Source: a bacterium
GTDB taxonomy: Bacteria; Eisenbacteria; RBG-16-71-46
DNA length: 14,289 nucleotides
Reading direction: 5' to 3'
NCBI GenBank assembly: GCA_043779265.1
Contig: JAYWEM010000021.1
Location: forward strand, 1-14,289
A program made the translations under genes and the position numbers. Of the stretch, positions 7,848 to 14,289 are shown piece by piece. Within the stretch, counting starts at the first letter, position 1; the number at the start of each line of letters is the position of its first letter. Under the pieces are notes generated by a model. That model searched no databases and had not been told where the DNA came from. It saw only the letters and a list, made by a program, of their open reading frames with translations.

Positions 7848-7879
7848 ACCTCAAGTGATGCATGAACCTCGGGTGATGC
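7848..7879. repeat. 14-bp imperfect direct repeat upstream of the trpS -35 element
   Basis: ACCTCAAGTGATGC (7848-7861) and ACCTCGGGTGATGC (7866-7879), 12/14 identical. Confidence 0.7.
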
Positions 7880-7880
7880 T

Positions 7881-9647
7881 TCAGCGCTCGAGGACCCGCA
7901 TCACCAGAAGCGTCAGGTCGTCGCTCGGACCCCGCTCCCCCGCCCAGTCCTCGACCGCCTGGACGACGAAGGACACGAGTTCGGCGGCGGAAGCGCTCGG
8001 ATGCGCCCGGATCACCGCCTCGAGCCGGTCCGTGCCGAACTGCTCGTTGCTCTCGTTCTCGGCCTCGCTCACGCCGTCGGTGTACAAGACGAGCACATCG
8101 CCCAACCCGAGAGCGATCGGGCGCTCGTCGTAGGTCGCCTCGGGCAACACGCCCAGCGCGACCCCTCCGTCGTGCAACGCTTCGGTTCCGCCCTTGTGGC
8201 GCAGCAGCAGCGGCGGGTTGTGCCCTGCATTCGAATAGATCAGCACCCGGTTCTTCCAGTCGAGTACGCCGTAGAACATCGTGACGAACTTGTCGCGCTC
8301 GGTGCTCTCATGCATCAGCGCATTCACCTTGCGCACAACGGCTCGGATTGCGAACTCGTTGCGGATCTCGGCGAGCAGTCCCATCCGGAAGCCAGCCATC
8401 AGCAGGGCGGCCGGGATCCCTTTGCCGGACACATCGGCGATCACCAGGCCGAGCCTCGAGCTGGAGACGGGGATGAAGTCGTAGTAGTCGCCGCCGACCT
8501 CGTCGTGCGTCATCGAGGCCGCTGCGAGATCGAAGCCCGGGACCAGTGGCGCCCGAGCCGGGAGGAACGACTGCTGGATCTCCCGTGCGATCGCCAGCTC
8601 CTTCTCGAGTCGTCGGCTCTCGACGCGTTCGATCGCCGTACGCGCGCGCTCGACGGCGACGGCGGCCTGCGCCGCGAAAGCCGTCACCAACTCGACGTGC
8701 CCATCGTGATAAGCGTCCTCTTGATCGCTCTCCAGATTGAAGACACCGATCAGGCGACCATCGAACACCATCGGAGCCGCGACCTCGCTGCGCGTGCGGA
8801 CACGGGCACTCACATAGCGCGAGTCCTGTCGGACATCGGGGACGATCACCGGGCTGCCATGTTTGGCCACCCATCCGACGATTCCCTGACCGACCTGCAG
8901 CTCGAACGCCTCCTCGGACCCATCGGGATAGCCAGCGCAACTGGCCATCTCGAGCACCTCAGTCGTCGGATTCGCCAGATAGATGGCCGCGGCGTCGAAC
9001 TCGACCACCTGACGCAGGGACGAGAAGATCGCCTCCATCACCTCATCGAGGTCGAACGTCGAGGACAGGCCCCGCGTCACCTCGAGCAGTACATCCTTCT
9101 CGAGCGCACGTCGCTCCGTCTCGCGATAGAGGAGCGCATAGTCCAGCGCGAGCGTCACCGCCTCCGAACCGACATCGAGCCGACCCTGGTCCTCATCGCG
9201 GAACGGCCCGTCGCGTCGATCGAGACACTCGATCGCGGCGAACACACGGCCCCGACGGAGCAGCGGGATCACGAGCGCGCTCTCGAACGCCGGGATCTCG
9301 CCCTTCAGATCGGGCGGTCGTGTGCTCGAGGCAGCCAGCCGGAGTCCCTCGCCGCGGGCGATCGCCCAGCCGGCGAGCCCTTCGCCACCCGCGACGCGAC
9401 GCTCGATCACGCCTCCCGAGTCGGCGAACTCCCGGCAGACGAGGCGCGTTCCGCCGCGGCGTGCGATCCAGATGCGGACCTGTCGGCACTCGACCAGGCG
9501 TCGGCAGTGGGCGCTCGACGCGCGCAGGAGATCGTCCATGTGATCGCCACCACCGGCATCCGCCCCGAGCAATGAGAACGCGTGCAGGCGTGCAAGTGAT
9601 GATTCGGCGGTGTCTTCGGGTGCCTTGGTGGCGCTGGGATCGCTCAT
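7881..9647 (-). CDS. GAF-GAF-SpoIIE (PP2C, RsbU-like) protein phosphatase
   Basis: ELAIAREIQQSFLP, EVGGDYYD, IADVSGKG, NAGHNPP, LYTDGVSEA, SDDLT phosphatase motifs; two GAF domains (GEGLAGW, GQGIVGWV...DVRQDSRY). Start at 9647 inferred. Confidence 0.94.
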   Translation of the reverse strand: MSDPSATKAPEDTAESSLARLHAFSLLGADAGGGDHMDDLLRASSAHCRRLVECRQVRIWIARRGGTRLVCREFADSGGVIERRVAGGEGLAGWAIARGEGLRLAASSTRPPDLKGEIPAFESALVIPLLRRGRVFAAIECLDRRDGPFRDEDQGRLDVGSEAVTLALDYALLYRETERRALEKDVLLEVTRGLSSTFDLDEVMEAIFSSLRQVVEFDAAAIYLANPTTEVLEMASCAGYPDGSEEAFELQVGQGIVGWVAKHGSPVIVPDVRQDSRYVSARVRTRSEVAAPMVFDGRLIGVFNLESDQEDAYHDGHVELVTAFAAQAAVAVERARTAIERVESRRLEKELAIAREIQQSFLPARAPLVPGFDLAAASMTHDEVGGDYYDFIPVSSSRLGLVIADVSGKGIPAALLMAGFRMGLLAEIRNEFAIRAVVRKVNALMHESTERDKFVTMFYGVLDWKNRVLIYSNAGHNPPLLLRHKGGTEALHDGGVALGVLPEATYDERPIALGLGDVLVLYTDGVSEAENESNEQFGTDRLEAVIRAHPSASAAELVSFVVQAVEDWAGERGPSDDLTLLVMRVLER

Positions 9648-9654
9648 CGCGCGG

Positions 9655-9683
9655 ACGCTAGCACGCGCCCAAGGGGGCGTCAT
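9655..9683 (-). promoter_or_regulatory. Putative extended -10 promoter of the phosphatase gene
   Basis: ATGACG (9683-9678), 17 bp spacer ending in TGC, TAGCGT (9660-9655), 7 nt before the ATG. Confidence 0.5.
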
Positions 9684-9789
9684 CCCGTGCTGCGACGGAA
9701 TCACGCACGCCCCCACTTATCGGGTCAATGAGAAGGGTATTCCGGCCGATGACCAACGGAGCGACGACCCCCCCAATTGGAGACCACGG

Positions 9790-11742
9790 ATGGCGAGCGG
9801 GCACAAGCGACTCGGCGACCTTCTGATCGAGAGTGAACTCATCACCCCCGATCAATTGGATGCGGCGATCACGCAGCAGCGTGGCAGCGGGAAGATGCTG
9901 GGGCAGACCCTGGTCCAGATGGGGTTCATCGCCGAGCAGGAACTCCTCGCACTCCTGCAGAAGCAGCTCGGACTCCGCCTCGTCGATCTCGAGGAGACGA
10001 CAGCGGACGAAGTCGCGCTGAGCAAGATCAAAGAGGAGCTGGCGCGCAAGCACCTCGCGCTGCCGCTCGAGATCGAGGGTCGAAAGACGCTGGTCGTCGC
10101 CATGGCGGATCCGCTGAACGCGGCGTCCATCGAGGACCTCCGCTTCCACTCCGGCCTGTTCATCCAGCCGGTGCTCGCGAGTCCGAGTCAGATCGAGAAG
10201 GCCATCGAGCGCTACTACCACATCGACACGTCGGTGAACGAGGTGATCCAGAGCATCATCTCGAACGAGGATGACGTGCAGGTCAGCGCGGTCGAGGATG
10301 GCGACGATCGCCAGGCACTCGACGAGCTGATGCGCGAGGCCGAGGGCCGACCGATCGTGCGTCTCACGAACTGGCTGCTCCATCGCGCCGTCGAGGAGCG
10401 GGCCAGCGACATCCACATCGAGCCGCACCATGGCGATCTCGTGGTGCGACTCCGCATCGATGGTCTGCTGCGCGAAGAGCAGCGCCTGCCCAAGTGGACA
10501 CAAGGCGCCATCGTCTCGCGCATCAAGGTGCTGTCGAACCTGGACATCGCCGAGAAGCGACAGCCGCAGGACGGTCGCCTGGTCGCCGAGATCGGCGGCC
10601 GCCGAGTCGACATGCGCGTCTCGACCCTGCCGCTGACCAACGGCGAGAAGGTCGTGATGCGCGTGGTCGACAGCAGTCGCGCCAGCGTCCCGATCGATGC
10701 GCTCGGCATGAGCGAGCGCGACCTCGAGCGCTTGAGGGGCTATCTCGCGCGGCCGCAGGGCATCGTTCTCGTGACGGGTCCGACCGGCTCGGGCAAGAGC
10801 ACGCTGCTCTACGCGGCACTCCGCAGCATCATGGACGTGACGCGCAATATCACCACCGTCGAGGACCCGGTCGAATTCCAGATCGCTGGCATCAATCAGG
10901 TCCAGGTGGACGAGAAGGGCAAGAAGACGTTCGCCGGCGCACTGCGCGCCATCCTGCGCCAGGACCCCGACGTCATCATGATCGGCGAGATCCGCGACAA
11001 GGAGACGGCGCAGATCGCGTTCCGCGCCTCGGTGACGGGCCACCTCGTGCTGAGCACGGTGCACACCAACGATGCGGCCGGCGCCGTCACCCGACTGATC
11101 GACCTGGGCCTCGAACCGTTCATGGTGGCGACATCGCTCGTCGGCGTGGTGAGCATGCGGCTCGTCCGCACCATCTGCCCCAAGTGCACCGAGTCCTACG
11201 AGGAGGAGGCCGCGGCGGTGAACCGCCTGACGGGCTCGCGCTCGCAGACGGGGACCGTGACCATGCACCGGGGCGTCGGCTGCCTGAACTGCCGCGAGTC
11301 GGGCTTCCTCGGTCGAACGGGCATCTACGAAGTACTGGGAGTCGATGATCCGATGCGCGCGTTGATCAATCGCAACGCTCCGGATCAGGACGTGCGCCGT
11401 GCTGCCATCGAGGGCGGCATGAAGCCGATCGGCGAGGATGGGTTGCAGAAGGTGTTCGCCGGCACGACGACGCTGAACGAGGTGACGCGTGTGGTCTATC
11501 TCGCGGAGCAGGGCGTCCAGGTCTGTCCCGGTTGCAGCGACGTCATCTCGCGCCAGTTCGAGTACTGCTCCGGATGCGGCACGTTCGTCGGGGATCACTG
11601 TGAGCAGTGCCACAAGCGAGTCGAGTCCGAATGGCGCTTCTGCCCCTCGTGCGGCAATGAGAACAAGGGGCATGGCCGCGAGCGCGCGCCGACCCCCTCG
11701 AAGCTGATGGCAGTCCCGACGGGCGCTCGGAAGGCCTCATGA
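9790..11742 (+). CDS. PilB/GspE-family secretion or pilus assembly ATPase with N-terminal MshEN domain and C-terminal double zinc ribbon
   Basis: KRLGDLL N-terminus, ASDIHIEP, PQDGR, Walker A GPTGSGKS, TVEDPVE, LRQDPDVIMIGEIRD, GHLVLSTVH, CPKC/CLNC zinc site, plus four extra C-terminal CxxC; ATG at 9790 with GGAG SD. Confidence 0.95.
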   Translation: MASGHKRLGDLLIESELITPDQLDAAITQQRGSGKMLGQTLVQMGFIAEQELLALLQKQLGLRLVDLEETTADEVALSKIKEELARKHLALPLEIEGRKTLVVAMADPLNAASIEDLRFHSGLFIQPVLASPSQIEKAIERYYHIDTSVNEVIQSIISNEDDVQVSAVEDGDDRQALDELMREAEGRPIVRLTNWLLHRAVEERASDIHIEPHHGDLVVRLRIDGLLREEQRLPKWTQGAIVSRIKVLSNLDIAEKRQPQDGRLVAEIGGRRVDMRVSTLPLTNGEKVVMRVVDSSRASVPIDALGMSERDLERLRGYLARPQGIVLVTGPTGSGKSTLLYAALRSIMDVTRNITTVEDPVEFQIAGINQVQVDEKGKKTFAGALRAILRQDPDVIMIGEIRDKETAQIAFRASVTGHLVLSTVHTNDAAGAVTRLIDLGLEPFMVATSLVGVVSMRLVRTICPKCTESYEEEAAAVNRLTGSRSQTGTVTMHRGVGCLNCRESGFLGRTGIYEVLGVDDPMRALINRNAPDQDVRRAAIEGGMKPIGEDGLQKVFAGTTTLNEVTRVVYLAEQGVQVCPGCSDVISRQFEYCSGCGTFVGDHCEQCHKRVESEWRFCPSCGNENKGHGRERAPTPSKLMAVPTGARKAS

Positions 11743-12707
11743 CCGGGCGTCCCACAGCGCATCGAATCCGGCCGAAGCATCGGATGCTCGAACATCTGGG
11801 CATCGCGCTCGGCGTCACGCTCATCAGCTTCGTCGTGCTGCAGTTGGTGCCGAACCAGTTCGTCTTCCTCCAGTTCTTCTATCTCCCGGTGGCCTTCTCC
11901 GCCTGGCGGCTCGGCCTGTTGAACGGACTGTTCACCGCTGCGATGAGCGTCGCCATCGTGTTCGTGAACGCCGGGCTCAATCCGAGCTTGTTCGATTCGA
12001 TCGGCGATGTGTGGAATCGCTGGCTCGACCTGGGCCTATGGGGCGCGTTCCTGTTCACCACCGCCTACGCGGTCGGAGCGCTCGCCGAGCGCGACCAGAC
12101 ACGGCGGGAGCAGCTGAAGGCGGCCTACCGAGGCGTGGTCGAGATCATGGCCCGGTTCATCGACGCTGTGGATCGTTCGACGGAGAACCACTCGAGGCGC
12201 GTCGCAGAACGGGCGATCGAACTGGCGCGCGAACTCGGCGTCGCGGACGACGAGCTCGAGACACTGCGCGTCGCCGCCTACCTGCACGACATCGGCAAGG
12301 TCGAGGTGAGCACGGACGTGCTGCAGAAGGCCTCCCAGCTCTCCCCCGCCGAGGCCGAGGTGATGAGGCGGCACGTCGACCATGGCGTCGATCTGCTGGA
12401 GCGAGTCGGCGGCCTGCTCGAGCACGTCGTGCCGATCGTGCTCTACCACCACGAACGCTGGGACGGCCGCGGCTACAAAGGTCTGAAGGGCGAGGAGATC
12501 CCGCTCGGTGCGCGCATCATCGCGGTGGCCGACACCTACGATGCGATCGTGGACGACCGTCCGTATCGCCGAGGTCGCTCGCATGAGCAGGCCATCGAGA
12601 TCCTGCGCGCCGAGAGCGGCACGCAGTTCGATCCCACAGTCGTCGGGGCATTCCTGCGGCTCTACGACAGCGAGCCGGCCCAGGCTTCGGAGTCCCTCGC
12701 GGCCTGA
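11739..12707 (+). CDS. Membrane-bound HD-GYP domain protein (putative cyclic dinucleotide phosphodiesterase)
   Basis: About four N-terminal hydrophobic helices; HSRRV, LHDIGK, HHERWDGRGY, ARIIAVADTYDA, DRPYR, GTQFDP motifs; ATGA overlap with the ATPase stop. Confidence 0.93.
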   Translation: MTGRPTAHRIRPKHRMLEHLGIALGVTLISFVVLQLVPNQFVFLQFFYLPVAFSAWRLGLLNGLFTAAMSVAIVFVNAGLNPSLFDSIGDVWNRWLDLGLWGAFLFTTAYAVGALAERDQTRREQLKAAYRGVVEIMARFIDAVDRSTENHSRRVAERAIELARELGVADDELETLRVAAYLHDIGKVEVSTDVLQKASQLSPAEAEVMRRHVDHGVDLLERVGGLLEHVVPIVLYHHERWDGRGYKGLKGEEIPLGARIIAVADTYDAIVDDRPYRRGRSHEQAIEILRAESGTQFDPTVVGAFLRLYDSEPAQASESLAA

Positions 12708-12715
12708 CCCCGCGA

Positions 12716-12736
12716 CGGCGGCAGTCGATGCCGCCG
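12716..12736 (+). terminator. Hairpin downstream of the HD-GYP gene
   Basis: CGGCGGCA-GTCGA-TGCCGCCG perfect 8-bp stem just after the stop codon; no U-tract. Confidence 0.45.
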
Positions 12737-12802
12737 CTCCGCGAAGTCGCTAGAGTGTCCCCGGCACCGAACGCTCGGTGCCGAGAGGAGGACGCTCCCA
12801 CC

Positions 12803-12853
12803 GTGCCCCACTGCGATCCGTGTCGCGACGCTGCCCCACCGCATCTCGCATGA
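12803..12853 (+). CDS. Candidate 16-aa upstream ORF MPHCDPCRDAAPPHLA
   Basis: GAGGAGG at 12785-12791, GTG at 12803, TGA at 12851-12853 overlapping the ATG at 12850. Confidence 0.3.
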   Translation: MPHCDPCRDAAPPHLA

Positions 12854-13425
12854 GACTCCGACTCGCCCCGATCGTCGTGGTGCTCGGCGTGCTGGCGTTG
12901 CTCCTGTGGCGACGCGAGCTGTTCACGGTCGCTCGCCCGGGCGATCAGCCGGCGCCGCTCGCCATCACGAGCGCCGAGCTTCGATGGAGGCCGGAACTCG
13001 ACGTCGTGCTCCCCGCGGCGCCGGTCGGAATGATCCGCTTGCATGCGGAGGGCTCGGTGCAGGTCGTGCACTTCTGGGCGCCGTGGGAGCAGCACGCCAC
13101 AGTGCAGGCGCTCGCGCTCGACTCACTCGGCGCCCTTCTCGCAGGCAGCGACATCCGGATCGCGATCGTCTGTTTCGATCCGTTCCCTTCGGTCGCGAGA
13201 TGGGTGAGGCGAGCACGACTACGCACTCCCGTGCTGCTCGATCATGATCGCAAGCTGCGCGGCACACTCCCCTGCCCCAGCATCCCCTACACCTACGTGA
13301 TCGGGCGCGACGGATCCATCGCCGTCGCGCAAGCCGGTGAGGTGGATTGGCTGGCGGCCAGCACCCGGAGCCTGCTCGACTCGCTGGCGAGCGCCGAGAG
13401 GGACTCGCGCGGCCACAAGCTCTGA
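12850..13425 (+). CDS. TlpA/ResA-like thioredoxin-fold protein lacking CxxC, N-terminally membrane-anchored
   Basis: N-terminal transmembrane segment, VVHFWAPW followed by EQH instead of CxxC, PVLLD, SIPYTYVIGRDG (cis-Pro loop), GEVDW. Confidence 0.8.
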   Translation: MRLRLAPIVVVLGVLALLLWRRELFTVARPGDQPAPLAITSAELRWRPELDVVLPAAPVGMIRLHAEGSVQVVHFWAPWEQHATVQALALDSLGALLAGSDIRIAIVCFDPFPSVARWVRRARLRTPVLLDHDRKLRGTLPCPSIPYTYVIGRDGSIAVAQAGEVDWLAASTRSLLDSLASAERDSRGHKL

Positions 13426-13430
13426 CGGGC

Positions 13431-13467
13431 AAGAAGAAACCCCGGCAACCCGATAGGGTGGCCAGGG
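13431..13467 (-). terminator. Rho-independent terminator of the DUF6580-like gene
   Basis: Minus strand CCCTGGC-C-ACCC-TATC-GGGT-T-GCCGGGG followed by TTTCTTCTT; lies between convergent genes. Confidence 0.75.
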
Positions 13468-13486
13468 CGGAAGGCGCGACGCCGGG

Positions 13487-13996
13487 TCAGGCCGATGCGG
13501 TGCCGGGACCGAAGCGCGTGACCCAGCGCGAGAGCAGCGCATGACCGCCGAACAGCACGGCGACGAACAGCGCGTCCGAGACGAGCGTGTTCTGGAAGAA
13601 CGGGATCGCGGCGACGTAACACTCGACGAGACCCGTCCAGGTACGCGGATAGTAGCCGCTCGCCCACATGCCGAAGTTGCTCAGCACGAAGAATGAGCCC
13701 GCCGACGTCAGGGTCGCACCCGCAAGGCGCGGCAGCGTTCGGCTGCGCGCGAGGATCCCCGAGCCGAGCAGCAGACAGGCGGCGAACGCCACGTAGTTCC
13801 AAAGCATGCCCACCGGGTGGTAGAAGCCCAGCACGAGGTCGGACGCGAGCAAGGCGACCACGGGGATCAGCCATGCAGCGCGGCGATCGAGCATCGCCCC
13901 GGCGAACAGCCCGATGGCGGCGATCGGCGCGAAATTCGGGGGGTGCGGCAGCAGTCGCGATGCGGCGGCCACCACGATCAGGAGCACGACGAGCAT
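13487..13996 (-). CDS. DUF6580-like integral membrane protein (putative ECF S-component-like transporter)
   Basis: RLLPHPPNFAPIAAIGLFAG, SDLVLGF, FFVLSNFGMW, YP.TW.GLVECYVAAIPFFQNTL motifs; five to six hydrophobic helices; GAGGAGG SD. Confidence 0.82.
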   Translation of the reverse strand: MLVVLLIVVAAASRLLPHPPNFAPIAAIGLFAGAMLDRRAAWLIPVVALLASDLVLGFYHPVGMLWNYVAFAACLLLGSGILARSRTLPRLAGATLTSAGSFFVLSNFGMWASGYYPRTWTGLVECYVAAIPFFQNTLVSDALFVAVLFGGHALLSRWVTRFGPGTASA

Positions 13997-14133
13997 CGGA
14001 TCCTCCTCAAGAGGAGATGAGCGGATTGCCGCTCGTCCGTGGCGGGGCAGAGCGGGCCTCGCCGGTTTCCCGGCCGACCCGGTCGCGGCGCCCTCTCATC
14101 GAGGGGCCGCGCCACGAGCCGTACAGGAAGGAG

Positions 14134-14209
<76 letters not shown>

Positions 14210-14233
14210 ACGAGCATGAGTTTGCGAGCGGTG

Positions 14234-14263
14234 TGTGTACACCAGTCGCTCGCGCGCCGTCAA
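14234..14263 (-). promoter_or_regulatory. Putative promoter of tRNA-Ala
   Basis: TTGACG (14263-14258), 18 bp spacer, TACACA (14239-14234); the -10 element is imperfect. Confidence 0.4.
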
Positions 14264-14289
14264 CCGATACGGCCACAATCGGATGACGC

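Noticed and set aside
2496..11673. Long antisense ORFs (2496-4565, 5834-6883, 6526-7677, 8001-9575, 9658-11673)
   Set aside because: They mirror well-supported genes on the opposite strand, as expected in GC-rich DNA, and show no family motifs.
14060..14105. Hammerhead ribozyme suggested by GATGA and GAAA
   Set aside because: The core needs CTGANGA in a junction; here it is TCGATGA in a hairpin loop and GAAA is a tetraloop.

Overview
GC-rich bacterial chromosomal segment, mostly housekeeping and signalling genes. The PorV/PorQ-family barrel hints at an FCB-group organism (inference only). Minus strand, in transcription order: trpS, scpA, scpB, DUF985 cupin, rluB-like pseudouridine synthase, hypothetical protein, PorV-family protein, then a separately promoted ADP-glucose pyrophosphorylase-family gene cut by the window edge and absent from the ORF track. 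In the middle, a GAF-GAF-PP2C phosphatase is divergent from a two-gene unit: a PilB/GspE-type ATPase with MshEN and double zinc-ribbon domains, coupled to a membrane HD-GYP protein. At the right end lie a CxxC-less TlpA-like protein preceded by a tiny CxxC-containing uORF, and tRNA-Ala(GGC) followed by a structured spacer and a DUF6580-like membrane protein. No mobile element or CRISPR array was seen. The best leads are the orphan ATPase/HD-GYP module, the CxxC uORF, two structured leaders, and active-site variants in TrpS and GlgC/GlgD. None is demonstrably novel without database searches.
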